Under the pieces are notes generated by a model. It was not told the origin of the DNA, ran no database searches, and saw nothing but the letters and a program-made list of their open reading frames with translations. A DNA stretch of 64,000 nt from Candidatus Binataceae bacterium (GTDB lineage Bacteria; Desulfobacterota; Binatia; Binatales; Binataceae), in assembly GCA_036495685.1 (NCBI GenBank), contig DASXMJ010000023.1, positions 11,422 to 75,421 on the forward strand. The letters are read 5' to 3'. Positions 28,483 to 38,658 of this stretch are shown here, piece by piece. Each line of letters begins with the position of its first letter. The stretch's first letter is position 1. The position numbers and the translations under genes are program-made.

Positions 28483-28815
28483 ATGAGCCCAAAGCAGGTT
28501 GGTCTTTCGATCGTGCTGGTCGGATTTGCGGCCCTCAACGCGTATTGCTTCTACACTTTTGGAACGGAGGGCTTTCTTCACGCGGCGCTTGCCAATGCAG
28601 CGACGGCGGCGGTCTTTATTGACCTGGTGATCGCGCTGACGATGGTCGCTGTGTGGATGGTCCACGACGCTGCGCAACGTGGTACGACCGTTCTCCCGTA
28701 TCTGCTTTTGATGCCTTTCTTGGGCAGCATGGGCCCTCTGATCTATCTGCTCGGACGCTTTCGGGATGGTGCCGAGAACCGGAGCGCCTCCATTCTGGAT
28801 CCGCGCCAAACGTAG
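28483..28815 (+). CDS. Small integral membrane protein (three predicted TM helices), unknown function
   Basis: Good RBS (AGGAGAAACAC-ATG) and hydrophobic segments SIVLVGFAALNAYCFY, AAVFIDLVIALTMVAVWMV, LPYLLLMPFLGSMGPLIYLL. Confidence 0.55.
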   Translation: MSPKQVGLSIVLVGFAALNAYCFYTFGTEGFLHAALANAATAAVFIDLVIALTMVAVWMVHDAAQRGTTVLPYLLLMPFLGSMGPLIYLLGRFRDGAENRSASILDPRQT

Positions 28816-28906
28816 TAGGCTGCGGCCCAGCTTCGGAAAGTCGCACCGGGTGGCGCGATTCGAGGCGAGGGTTTACAATTGCACTCAATATCGTCGAGGC
28901 ACTGCC

Positions 28907-29446
28907 ATGGAACGAGCTGAAGTTTCGCGCGACGTCGAAGCAATCCAGATTCCCGCTGGCTCGAAGACCAATATCGAGAAGGGAACTGAGGTTTACATAA
29001 CCCAATCGCTGGGCGGAACCTTCACGGTCCAGGCGCCCGCCTACGGTGGCTTGTTCCGCATCGCCGGAAAAGATGCCGACGCGCTCGGCAAAAAACCCGA
29101 AGATGCGGCACCCGCGCGGACTGGTACCGCGGGCGACCTCGAGGCGATGGTGTGGGAACAACTGAAGACCTGCTTCGACCCCGAGATTCCCGTCAACATC
29201 GTCGATCTCGGTCTCGTCTACGGCATGGAAATCAAGGATCGGGACGACGGAAGCCACAAGGTCGAGGTCAAGATGACCCTAACCGCGCAAGGTTGCGGGA
29301 TGGGGGGATCGATCGCGTTCGATGCGCGGCAAAAGCTCATGGGCTTGCCCGGCGTCTCCGAAGCGGATGTCGATCTGGTGTGGGAACCACCCTGGAATCC
29401 GCAGATGATCTCCCCCGAGGGCCGCGAGCGTTTGGGTCTCGATTGA
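28907..29446 (+). CDS. sufT: Long-form SufT-like Fe-S assembly protein (N-terminal extension + DUF59/MIP18 domain)
   Basis: C-terminal DPEIPVNIVDLGLVYGMEI...TLTAQGCGMGG is a DUF59 domain. The N-terminal roughly 80 aa are typical of the long SufT form. Start set at MERAEV (28907). Confidence 0.65.
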   Translation: MERAEVSRDVEAIQIPAGSKTNIEKGTEVYITQSLGGTFTVQAPAYGGLFRIAGKDADALGKKPEDAAPARTGTAGDLEAMVWEQLKTCFDPEIPVNIVDLGLVYGMEIKDRDDGSHKVEVKMTLTAQGCGMGGSIAFDARQKLMGLPGVSEADVDLVWEPPWNPQMISPEGRERLGLD

Positions 29447-29717
29447 AGCGACGGTTTGGCCCGAACCAACCGAGTTTCGGACGACTCCTCAGTGCTCCAC
29501 CCAGCCGCCTCTCAGTGCGGCCAACGAGGTCCGATTTGACGGAGCGCGCGAGCTGGTGAGTCGTCGGTGTTCGACCGTCGCTGCGAAATGCTCGACACCA
29601 AATGAATGAGCGGCCCATGAGCCCGCTCTCCGGCAGGTGAATCAGCTGGACCAACGATCGGGCCGCCGCTGCGCGAGCAGGCAGAGGGTGTGCCTGCGCA
29701 GCTTAAGGTGCCCGGCG

Positions 29718-29746
29718 TTGACACGCTGGTAGACCTCCGATATTGA
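29718..29746 (+). promoter_or_regulatory. Putative promoter of rplU-rpmA (TTGACA-17-TATTGA)
   Basis: TTGACA at 29718-29723, a 17-nt spacer, then TATTGA at 29741-29746, about 20 nt upstream of the rplU ATG. Confidence 0.35.
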
Positions 29747-29765
29747 ATTTGGTTCCGGTATTTCC

Positions 29766-30080
29766 ATGTTTGCGATCGTAAAGACGGGTGGAAAGCAGTA
29801 CCGCGTCGGCGTGGGCGACCAGCTTACGGTCGAGCGGATCCCTGGCGATGTCGGCGCGGAAGTCGCCCTCACCGAAGTATTGGCGCTCGGCGGCGAAACC
29901 CCCAAGGTCGGAACTCCGCTGGTAGCGGGCGCTTCCGTGCGCGCGAAGATCGTTCAGCAGCCCCGCGGCAGCAAGATCATCGTGTTCAAGAAGAAGCGGC
30001 GTAAAAACTATCGCCGCAAGCATGGGCATCGGCAGGAATTGACGATACTCAAGATCGAAGAGATTTCGGCGGGGGCGTAG
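29766..30080 (+). CDS. rplU: 50S ribosomal protein L21
   Basis: [25 protein letters not shown]...[21 protein letters not shown]. Confidence 0.95.
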   Translation: MFAIVKTGGKQYRVGVGDQLTVERIPGDVGAEVALTEVLALGGETPKVGTPLVAGASVRAKIVQQPRGSKIIVFKKKRRKNYRRKHGHRQELTILKIEEISAGA

Positions 30081-30135
30081 ATCCGCCGCTCGACTTCGCG
30101 GGAACTCTGCCGCTCTTCTCCGGAGGAGACCAGCC

Positions 30136-30408
30136 GTGGCGCACAAAAAAGGACAAGGTTCGACCCGCAACGGCCGCGACAGCCCCGGGCAGCATCGCGG
30201 TATCAAGATTTACGACGGCCAAACCGTCAAGGCCGGCAACATTCTCGTGCGCCAGCTTGGCACTAGAATTCATCCGGGCCGCAACGTCGGTATGGGGCGC
30301 GACTACACGATCTACGCGCGTATCGATGGAATCGTTAAGTACCAACCGCGCGGCGAGAAGCGCCAGGTGAGCGTCGAGCCGAAGGCCGCGGCGGAACCTA
30401 ACTCTTAA
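30136..30408 (+). CDS. rpmA: 50S ribosomal protein L27
   Basis: [24 protein letters not shown]... Confidence 0.95.
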   Translation: MAHKKGQGSTRNGRDSPGQHRGIKIYDGQTVKAGNILVRQLGTRIHPGRNVGMGRDYTIYARIDGIVKYQPRGEKRQVSVEPKAAAEPNS

Positions 30409-30528
30409 AGCTTACGAGAGGGCGCACCGGAGCCCCGCGGGAAGTCCCGCGGGGCTTTTCATTTTGGGCGCGCTGTTATTCACTGGCAGGGCACCGGGCC
30501 CAAGCATCGGTTCCGGAGCGGGAGGACG

Positions 30529-31557
30529 ATGGCGATGAAACTCGGGTTAGTAACAGGGTATACCGGCACTGGCGTGCCGATGGATTTGATCCACGCAGCC
30601 GAGGACGCGGGCTTCGATTCAGTATGGACGGCCGAAGCTTACGGCTCGGACGCTATCGTCCCACTCGCCTGGATCGCAGCTCAGACCAGGAGGATCAACC
30701 TGGGCACCGGAATCATGCAGATGCCGGCGCGCACACCCGCGATGACGGCGATGACCGCCATGACGCTGGATGCGATGTCGGGCGGGCGTTTCATTTTGGG
30801 CATCGGCCCTTCCGGTCCGCAGGTGGTCGAAGGATGGCACGGCATGCCCTACGGTAAGCCCCTCCAGCGGACGCGCGAGTATATCGAAATCGTGCGCAAG
30901 ATCCTGGCGCGGGAAACGCCGCTCGAGCTTAATGGCAAAGAATACCAGATTCCCTACCACGGCCCCGGCGCTAGCGGCCTCGGCAAGCCGCTCAAGAGCA
31001 TCATGCACGGCCGTAAAGATATGAAAATCTACACAGCGTCGATCAGCCCCAAAGGAATCGCGCTCGCGGCGGAAATCGCCGACGGTGTTATTCCCGTGTG
31101 GATGAATCCGGAACGTTGGGACCTTTACGCAGGGCCACTCAAGGAAGGCTTCGCCAGGACTGGCGGTAAAAAGTCTTTGGATAACTTCGAAGTGGCCCCG
31201 TTTGTTACTTGCGTGATGGGACCGGATGTCGAAAAGTGCCGGATGGCCGTCAAAGGCAATCTCGCCTTGTACATCGGCGGAATGGGCGCTCGCTCGAAAA
31301 ACTTCTACAACGACTACGCCCGCCGGCTCGGCTACGAGGACGAGGCAGGAAAGATTCAGGACCTTTACCTTGGCGGCAACAGGACTGAAGCAATCGCGAT
31401 GGTGCCTGACGGGCTGGTTGATGCAGTCGCGCTGATCGGACCAAAGGAACGGATCGCGGATCGCCTCAAGGCCTGGAAGGACTCACCGGTTAAGACCATG
31501 CTCATCGGAACCGGATCAATCGAAGCGGTCCGTACCCTCGCAGAACTCTGCGCCTAG
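30529..31557 (+). CDS. LLM-class (luciferase-like monooxygenase fold) F420-dependent oxidoreductase
   Basis: [11 protein letters not shown]...[46 protein letters not shown]... is the characteristic TIM-barrel LLM family sequence. Confidence 0.75.
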   Translation: MAMKLGLVTGYTGTGVPMDLIHAAEDAGFDSVWTAEAYGSDAIVPLAWIAAQTRRINLGTGIMQMPARTPAMTAMTAMTLDAMSGGRFILGIGPSGPQVVEGWHGMPYGKPLQRTREYIEIVRKILARETPLELNGKEYQIPYHGPGASGLGKPLKSIMHGRKDMKIYTASISPKGIALAAEIADGVIPVWMNPERWDLYAGPLKEGFARTGGKKSLDNFEVAPFVTCVMGPDVEKCRMAVKGNLALYIGGMGARSKNFYNDYARRLGYEDEAGKIQDLYLGGNRTEAIAMVPDGLVDAVALIGPKERIADRLKAWKDSPVKTMLIGTGSIEAVRTLAELCA

Positions 31558-31844
31558 CCAGGGGATTGGTCTGAAATCTCCTCACCCCTGGCCAGCGCCA
31601 GGGTGAGGTAGAACGTGGGCACCGTCACGGAACCGTGGGGGATCACTTCGTAAAACCTTCCGAACTTTTGGTTCCCATCGGCAAGGCAAGATCGCTCGGT
31701 TTTTCCAGCTGATAGGAAACGCAGGCTTCATCGTCGCAGTCGGACACTTGACTGTTTCCCCGGACCAATACGGGCCATTCGCGGGACCCAAAGCTAAGGC
31801 GGCCGCCCCGGCGCCACCGGCGACTGATATAATGCGTCAGCGGT

Positions 31845-32861
31845 ATGCGGTTCATTGACGAAGCGCGAGTGTTCGTTCACGCCGGCAAGGGAGGTGACGG
31901 CGCGATTGCTTTTTTGCGCGAAAAATACCGGCCCTTCGGCGGCCCCTCCGGTGGTGACGGTGGTCGTGGCGGAAGTGTGATATTCGAGGTCGATGAAGGC
32001 CTCTCGACCCTGCTCGACTTCAAATATCAACCGCGATTGGTCGCCCGCGATGGTGAGCCGGGCCGCGGTAAGCAGCAGTATGGCCGGGCCGCCGATGATC
32101 TGATCGTATGCGTCCCGCCCGGTACCGTGGTCCTCGATGACCAAAGCGGCGAAGTGGTCGCCGACCTGGTCATGCCGGGGGGACGCGCAGTTATCGCGCA
32201 AGCCGGTGAAGGGGGACGCGGCAACAAGCACTTCGCGACCCCAACCCGGCGATCGCCGCGCATCGCAACGCCGGGCGTGCCCGGAGAACAACGATGGGTC
32301 AGGTTGGAGCTTCGTCTTGTTGCGGAAGCCGGACTGGTGGGACTGCCTAATGCGGGTAAGTCCACACTGCTGGCGGCGTTAAGCGCGGCCCGACCGAAGA
32401 TCGCGCCCTACCCTTTCACCACACTCGCTCCCAACATCGGTCGTGTGTTTGTGTCCGAAGAAGAGAGCTATACCATCGCCGACATTCCCGGACTGATCGA
32501 AGGGGCGCATCTCGGACACGGACTAGGGATTCGCTTCCTGCGCCATCTATCGCGAACCCGGCTGCTGCTCTATGTGTTGGATGGCTCTTCGAATCCCGAG
32601 AAAGCCTACGCTACGGTTCGCGGCGAAATAGGCGCTTTTGATCCTGCTTTGCTCGAACGCCCCGCCCTGATCGCACTGAATAAGATCGATTTACTCCCAA
32701 CCGGGGAGCGCCAGGCAGCGGCACGTGCGCTTGAGGTCTCCCTCGGGCGTCGGGTTTTGCCGATCTCCGCGGCAGAAGGGATCGGTCTTAAACCTTTGAT
32801 CGCGCAAATTGCGCTGAAGCTCTCGGAACTCGATCAGGCAGCGGACGAATGTCCCAGCTGA
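31845..32861 (+). CDS. obg: GTPase Obg/CgtA
   Basis: MRFIDEARVFVHAGKGGDGAIAFLREKYRPFGGPSGGDGGRGG is the Obg fold, followed by a G-domain (GLPNAGKST). Confidence 0.93.
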   Translation: MRFIDEARVFVHAGKGGDGAIAFLREKYRPFGGPSGGDGGRGGSVIFEVDEGLSTLLDFKYQPRLVARDGEPGRGKQQYGRAADDLIVCVPPGTVVLDDQSGEVVADLVMPGGRAVIAQAGEGGRGNKHFATPTRRSPRIATPGVPGEQRWVRLELRLVAEAGLVGLPNAGKSTLLAALSAARPKIAPYPFTTLAPNIGRVFVSEEESYTIADIPGLIEGAHLGHGLGIRFLRHLSRTRLLLYVLDGSSNPEKAYATVRGEIGAFDPALLERPALIALNKIDLLPTGERQAAARALEVSLGRRVLPISAAEGIGLKPLIAQIALKLSELDQAADECPS

Positions 32862-33994
32862 ACTACAAGGCGCCCATCCTCGCTCGCGCCAGGCGCGTCG
32901 TCGTCAAGGTGGGCAGCGCGGTGCTCTCGGGCCCGCACGGGCTCCTCAGCGAAGTGATTGACCGGCTCGCCCTCGAGACGGAGTCCGCGATTCGTGGTGG
33001 CCGTGAGGTCATCGTCGTCACCTCGGGGGCGATCGCTGCCGGGCGCGCGCGTTTGTCGAGGCTGGGCGACACTAGCATCGCGGCGCGACAAGCCGCGGCC
33101 GCAGCGGGTCAGATCGATCTGATGCGCGAATGGGCGCGGGCCTTTGCCAACCACAATCGGAGCATCGGGCAGCTGCTGCTGACGCATCAGGATCTCGCGG
33201 AACGCCGCCGGCGCATCAACGCCAACCAGACGATCGGGGCGCTGCTTGCCGCGGCGGTGGTCCCGGTTGTCAATGAAAACGACACCGTGGCGGTCGAAGA
33301 GATCAGGCTCGGCGACAACGATGTTCTTTCATCACTGGTCGCAACTCTGGTCCAGGCCCAGTTGCTGATCATCCTGAGCGACGTGCCGGGGGTTCTTACC
33401 GGCGATCCGCGCCGGCGACCCGACGCGCGCCTGGTTCCTCTTCTGACCGATCCGGAAGCGGGGATGAGCGGGCTGGTTGCGGAAAGCGCGGGCCCCCTCG
33501 GCAGCGGCGGCATGGCAACCAAGCTCAAGGCCGCCCGCGAAGCAGCCCGCGGCGGAATACCCTCGGTCATCGCACCCGGCGGCGAGCCGGGGGTGTTGAG
33601 TGCGGTTCTGGATCCGGCATGCGAGATCGGAACCTTGATCATTCCGGCCGGTGAACGCCTGAAAAGCCGTAAACACTGGATCGCCTATGCACTGCGCCCG
33701 GCAGGGGCGTTGGCGGTCGATCGCGGAGCGGCCGATGCGCTGCGCGCCAGGGGCCGCAGCCTGCTGCCCTCGGGAATAAAGAAGGTGCAAGGTGATTTTG
33801 GCGGAGGAGATTGCGTCAGCCTGCTCGACCCGGATGGGGTCGAGTTCGGACGTGGGCTGGTCAACTACCCCGCGGCCGATGTGATAAAGGTGATGGGCCG
33901 CCGTTCCACGGAAATCTCAGGCGTGCTTGGCTACAAGGTTGCCGATGAGATCATCCATCGCGACAACTTTGTGCTGCTCAAGGAAATTGCATGA
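32849..33994 (+). CDS. proB: Glutamate 5-kinase with C-terminal PUA domain
   Basis: VVKVGSAVLS... amino-acid kinase domain plus a PUA domain; it overlaps the obg stop. Confidence 0.9.
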   Translation: MSQLNYKAPILARARRVVVKVGSAVLSGPHGLLSEVIDRLALETESAIRGGREVIVVTSGAIAAGRARLSRLGDTSIAARQAAAAAGQIDLMREWARAFANHNRSIGQLLLTHQDLAERRRRINANQTIGALLAAAVVPVVNENDTVAVEEIRLGDNDVLSSLVATLVQAQLLIILSDVPGVLTGDPRRRPDARLVPLLTDPEAGMSGLVAESAGPLGSGGMATKLKAAREAARGGIPSVIAPGGEPGVLSAVLDPACEIGTLIIPAGERLKSRKHWIAYALRPAGALAVDRGAADALRARGRSLLPSGIKKVQGDFGGGDCVSLLDPDGVEFGRGLVNYPAADVIKVMGRRSTEISGVLGYKVADEIIHRDNFVLLKEIA

Positions 33995-35244
33995 GTCTTG
34001 AATCCGATGTGATAGCCATGCTCGGGAGAGCGCGGGCGGCCGGGCGCAAGCTCGCGCTCGCTCACGCGGAGCAAAAGAATGCCGCGCTGCTCGCGCTGGC
34101 GAAAATTCTGCGTGCCTCACGCGGCGCGATTCTCCAGGCCAACGCGCTCGATCTCGACCGCGCGCGTAGCCACGGACGGGCAGGGGCTTTTCTCGAACGA
34201 CTGACTTTGAACGAAAGCAGGATCGAGGCGATGGCCAGGAGTGTGGAGGAGGTTGCGGCTCTTCGCGACCCGGTCGGTGAAGAGATTGAAGCGCGCCAGC
34301 GGCCCAATGGCCTTGCCATCTGCAAGATTCGAGTTCCGCTCGGATTGATCGCGATCGTTTATGAATCGCGTCCCAACGTCACCGTCGATGCGGCCGTGCT
34401 GTGTCTCAAGTCCGGCAACGCGGTGGCGCTGCGGGGCGGCTCAGAAGCACGTTCCACCAATTCCTTCCTGGCTAGATCGGTTGCCAAGGCGCTCGCTGAA
34501 GCGGGTCTCGATGCCGAGTGCGCGACTTTCGTGGAAGATCCGGACCGCGAGGTGATTCAGATTCTGAAGCGGCACCCTGAGCTAATTGACCTCATCATTC
34601 CGCGCGGCGGGAAGGCGCTCAAGGACGCGCTCGAAGGATCGGCGGTGCCGCTGCTCCCGCATTTTGACGGGCTGTGCCACACTTACGTGGATCGCGCCGC
34701 CGACCTAAAGATGGCCGAAGAGATTTGCTTCAACGCCAAGTGCAGCCGTCCTTCGGTGTGCAACGCGATGGAGACCATGCTCGTGCACTCGGCCATCGCA
34801 GAGCGCTTTCTTCCGCCCATCGCGACCCGACTTAAGAAAGCAGGCGTGGAGATTCGCGGAGATGAGCGGACCCGTCGCGTGCTGCGCGATGCGCGTCCCG
34901 CGACCGAAGCGGATTGGGATACGGAATACTTGGACCTGATTCTCTCTGTGAAGGTGGTGGATTCGGTCGATGAAGCCATCGTTTTCGTCGAGCGCCACGG
35001 ATCGCATCTAGCCGACGCAATAATCACGCAGGACCGCTCCGCGGCAAAACGCTTTGAACGCGAGGTCGATTCGGCTACGGTTTATGTAAATGCATCGACC
35101 CGTTTTACCGACGGGTTCGAGTTTGGATTTGGCGCGGAAACCGGAATCTCCACCAATCGGCTTCATGCACGAGGGCCGATGGGTCTCAGCGAGCTGACCA
35201 CGTACAAGTATGTGGTTCACGGCAACGGGCAGGTGCGCGGCTAA
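33991..35244 (+). CDS. proA: Gamma-glutamyl phosphate reductase
   Basis: Aldehyde dehydrogenase-like ProA ([37 protein letters not shown]). Overlaps the proB stop by ATGA. Confidence 0.9.
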   Translation: [417 protein letters not shown]

Positions 35245-35274
35245 GCGCAACTAATTGGGAGGCCGTCCGCGGCA

Positions 35275-35913
35275 ATGCGTGTAGGTCTGTTTGGGGGGAG
35301 CTTCAATCCAATCCACTTCGGCCATCTGCGATCGGCCGAAGAAGACCGCGAGGCTCTCAGTCTCGACCTGGTCTATTTCATTCCCGCCGCGTCGCCTCCG
35401 CACAAGGTCGAGGGCGATCTCGCGCCGGCGGAACATCGCCTTGCGATGGTGCGGCTTGCGACCAAGGGCAATCGCCACTTCATGGCATCGGATGTCGAGA
35501 TTCGCCGCACCGGCCGCTCTTACACCATCGAAACCGTGAAGTACTTCCTCGCAACCCTCCGCCAGCCGGCGACGCTGTACCTGCTGATGGGCGCCGATCA
35601 ATTTGCGGAACTCGAGACCTGGAAGGACTGCGGCGAGATCGTTTCGCTGTGTAACATCGCCGTGCATACCCGGTTACCGGAAGGTGAAAGCGGTCCGGCC
35701 AAGGTCTCGCTTGCCGCGCTGAACGGGTTTGGTTACAGTCAAAAAGAAGATCACTACGTGCACACGAGCGGGCACACGCTTTCGTTTATCGCAAGTTCGG
35801 TTATTCCTTACTCGGCTACTGCAATTCGCCGCAAAATTCAGCGCGGACAATCAATCAACTATCTCGTCCCGAGTGATGTCGCGGACTACATCCAACGACA
35901 CGCGCTTTATTGA
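35275..35913 (+). CDS. nadD: Nicotinate-nucleotide adenylyltransferase
   Basis: MRVGLFGGSFNPIHFGHL (HxGH motif). Confidence 0.9.
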   Translation: MRVGLFGGSFNPIHFGHLRSAEEDREALSLDLVYFIPAASPPHKVEGDLAPAEHRLAMVRLATKGNRHFMASDVEIRRTGRSYTIETVKYFLATLRQPATLYLLMGADQFAELETWKDCGEIVSLCNIAVHTRLPEGESGPAKVSLAALNGFGYSQKEDHYVHTSGHTLSFIASSVIPYSATAIRRKIQRGQSINYLVPSDVADYIQRHALY

Positions 35914-36326
35914 TTAGAGGCACACCGAACCCAAGCGTGGATTCACGAGAGAAGGCACTCACCGCGGCTGAAGCGGCGCTGGAAAAGAAAGCCTACGACC
36001 TGGTCGTGCTCCAATCGGAGCATCTCTCAACCATCGCGGACTACTTCTTGATTGCGACTGGGCGGTCCGACGTGCAGGTGCAGGCGATCGCCCGCGGCAT
36101 CGAAGAGCGGATGGTCAAGGACGGGATGCGCCCGCTCGCAGTCGAAGGCTTAAATCATGCACACTGGGTCGTGCTCGACTATGACGACGTCGTCGTGCAC
36201 ATCTTTTACGAGCCGGCCCGCGACTTTTACCGTCTCGAACGGACCTGGAGCGATGCGCGCCGCGTCGAGCTGCCCGCCCCGATCCAGGCTCAGGTCGAAG
36301 GCCTGCGCCTGCACGCGCTGGCGTGA
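35910..36326 (+). CDS. rsfS: Ribosomal silencing factor RsfS (Iojap)
   Basis: DLVVLQSEHLSTIADYFLIATGRSDVQVQAIARGIEE...HWVVLDYDDVVVHIF. Confidence 0.88.
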   Translation: MIRGTPNPSVDSREKALTAAEAALEKKAYDLVVLQSEHLSTIADYFLIATGRSDVQVQAIARGIEERMVKDGMRPLAVEGLNHAHWVVLDYDDVVVHIFYEPARDFYRLERTWSDARRVELPAPIQAQVEGLRLHALA

Positions 36327-36388
36327 ATCGGGGCGTCGGTCCGTGCCCAGTCCGCGTAATCCGCCAATGTTCTGACCACAACCCTCGC

Positions 36389-37087
36389 ATGGTTCGAATC
36401 GGGACATCGGGCTTCAGCTACAAGGAATGGTGCGGCACTTTTTACCCCGAAAAAATCGCGGGGCCGAAGATGCTCGCCTTCTATGCGGCGCGCTTCCCGA
36501 CTGTCGAAATCAACTACACGTTCCGCGCGATGCCGCGCCGCCAGATGCTCGAAAAGTGGTGCGGCGAAACCCCCGAGAGTTTCCGCTTCTCGCTCAAAGC
36601 CTCGCAACGAATCACTCATATTGCCAAGCTCCGGAACGTGGAGCGCGAAATCGATTACTTCATTGAGACGGCTCAGGCGCTGGGTCAGCGCCTGGGACCC
36701 ACGCTCGTTCAACTGCCACCCGGGTTCAGAAAGGACCTGGTAGTTCTCAAGGACTTCCTGTCTCTGCTGAATGACCGCATGAAGACGGCCTTCGAGTTCC
36801 GCAACAAGTCGTGGCTGAGCGACGATACTTTCGCCATGCTGCAAGAGGCGGGCTGCGCGCTGTGTATAGCCGAAACCGACCAGCTCGCAACCCCGGCGGT
36901 GCGAACAGCGCCCTACGCTTACATGCGCTTGCGCAAGGAGAACTACGCTGACGCGGACCTGGCGCGATGGGCTGAACAGATCAGGAAGCTGGCGAGTGAA
37001 TGCACCGAAGTGGATGTATTTCTGAAGCACGCAACCGGCGCCCCGGCCTTGGTCGAAAAGCTGACCGCGATGGTTGGGTCGGTATGA
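36389..37087 (+). CDS. DUF72 (YecE-like) family protein
   Basis: MVRIGTSGFSYKEWCGTFYPEK...FPTVEINYTFRAMP; start set at the MVRIGTSG ATG. Confidence 0.75.
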   Translation: MVRIGTSGFSYKEWCGTFYPEKIAGPKMLAFYAARFPTVEINYTFRAMPRRQMLEKWCGETPESFRFSLKASQRITHIAKLRNVEREIDYFIETAQALGQRLGPTLVQLPPGFRKDLVVLKDFLSLLNDRMKTAFEFRNKSWLSDDTFAMLQEAGCALCIAETDQLATPAVRTAPYAYMRLRKENYADADLARWAEQIRKLASECTEVDVFLKHATGAPALVEKLTAMVGSV

Positions 37088-37205
37088 TATTTCCCCACGG
37101 GCAGCGTACTGCCTCGAAATTGGTGCCATTCCGAGGCGGAGCACGGGCGTGGCCTTGTGTTCAGCGCCCCCACCGATGCCAGGTAGTGAGTGACGTGGCT
37201 GCAAA

Positions 37206-37556
37206 ATGATCGACAGCGGCAAAATCCACGACTACCACGCGCACGTCTATTACGATCCGCGAAAACGAGGCACCGCCTCTCGACTGCGCCGCGCGATCGA
37301 AAAGGCATTTCGGGTTGAAATGGGGCGCTGGCACGATCAACCCGTCGGCCCGCATCCGCGATCGATGTACCAGGTCAAGTTCGCCCGCGGCGAATTTCCG
37401 AAAATTGTCCCGTGGCTGATGCTGAATCGGGGCGGGCTTTCAGTTCTGGTCCATCCGAATACCGGCGATGCGTACCACGATCACGCGATCAACGCCCTCT
37501 GGCTCGGGAAGTCGCTACGCCTGCGTCTCGCCTGTCTTCGCCCGCGACGAAAGTGA
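37206..37556 (+). CDS. DOPA 4,5-dioxygenase-like (YgiD/DUF1224) family protein
   Basis: 116 aa with YHAHVYYD and HP...HDH motifs. Confidence 0.6.
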   Translation: MIDSGKIHDYHAHVYYDPRKRGTASRLRRAIEKAFRVEMGRWHDQPVGPHPRSMYQVKFARGEFPKIVPWLMLNRGGLSVLVHPNTGDAYHDHAINALWLGKSLRLRLACLRPRRK

Positions 37557-37697
37557 TTTAGGCGGCGTTCTCAGTATCGTCAGCTGTGCGCTCGGCAGTA
37601 CAGGAAATTACTTTAGGCGATTGCGCTAGTAGAAGGTCGTGAACTACCGCGTCAAGTGTTGGCGCGTTCGCATCCCAACTGAGCGCCGCAATTTGGT

Positions 37698-38510
37698 TCA
37701 CCTCCGTGCGAGGTGGGTTTTTGTGTGCGCGCGAATGCGAGCTGCTAGCAAGTCTGGGATCTCGACCTGTGGAAAATGTTTGCACGGCAGGCTCTCGACG
37801 TTGAGGTTGGCCCTGCGTGCGACCTCAGCATTCGTAGCCACAATCCAACTATCCCAAAGACCGCCTACGGACCAAGAAATCGGCCGATATCCTAGTTCCT
37901 CCGAGGTGTATCTGTGATCGGCGAGTCCCTCCCACAAATAGTGTCGGACCCAAGTCACGTAATTCTTCTCGAGGCGCAGATGATAGTCTTGACCAATCGC
38001 ATCCCAAGCTCGCGCGTCGCTGTTAGCCTGATTCCGGAATAGGCCCTTACAACTGTTCACTATCGCTGTGTCATCGAGGTCGTTGAGTGCGAACAAGGTT
38101 GCCGTGGCATCGGGCGGAACGGAGTCTCTAAGCAGGGCCGCCTCATGCACGATAGCATTGCGCACTATTTCGGGATGTCGCGCTACCAGACTTAGCGCAG
38201 CCAAGCCCGCTGAGCTGCAGCCATAGAATGCTGCAGGTGCGAGGTTGAGCGACGACATCAGTGCGGCGATTTGGCCGGCAAGCATAGTCGCCGTTACCTT
38301 CCCAAACTCCGATGGTGGACCGGATCGGGAGAAGCCCGGCATATCGAAGGTGAGTATTGTGAATTCATCTGACAGAACATCCGCGACGGTCTGAAAGCTT
38401 GCACTGTCGCCCTCGCCGGACGGCATCAAAACCACCGACGGACCGTCACCTCGCAGTTCGCAATACCAATCGATCTCGGACGCATCGTGGTGAAAGATTC
38501 TGGCTTTCAT
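37698..38510 (-). CDS. Alpha/beta hydrolase
   Basis: VVLMPSGEGDSASF...FYGCSSAGLAALSL (nucleophile elbow G-x-S-x-G). Start set at MKARIF. Confidence 0.7.
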   Translation of the reverse strand: MKARIFHHDASEIDWYCELRGDGPSVVLMPSGEGDSASFQTVADVLSDEFTILTFDMPGFSRSGPPSEFGKVTATMLAGQIAALMSSLNLAPAAFYGCSSAGLAALSLVARHPEIVRNAIVHEAALLRDSVPPDATATLFALNDLDDTAIVNSCKGLFRNQANSDARAWDAIGQDYHLRLEKNYVTWVRHYLWEGLADHRYTSEELGYRPISWSVGGLWDSWIVATNAEVARRANLNVESLPCKHFPQVEIPDLLAARIRAHTKTHLARR

Positions 38511-38658
38511 GAGATTTGACTTAGTGAGGGAAGGAAACTCTGTCCCACGGCGCTTGCAGGGGTCGATGTTGCTGGTAACTGTTGGCTCGCTGGTCTTTCT
38601 GCAGGCGTCTGTGCGTTTCATCGCGGGGGTCCCGCCGCCGGTAACGTTACCATGCTCT

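Noticed and set aside
36389-36412. GGTTCGAATC motif resembling a tRNA T-loop
   Set aside because: It lies inside the DUF72 coding frame (M-V-R-I-G). No cloverleaf can be built around it, and no acceptor or anticodon stems are present.
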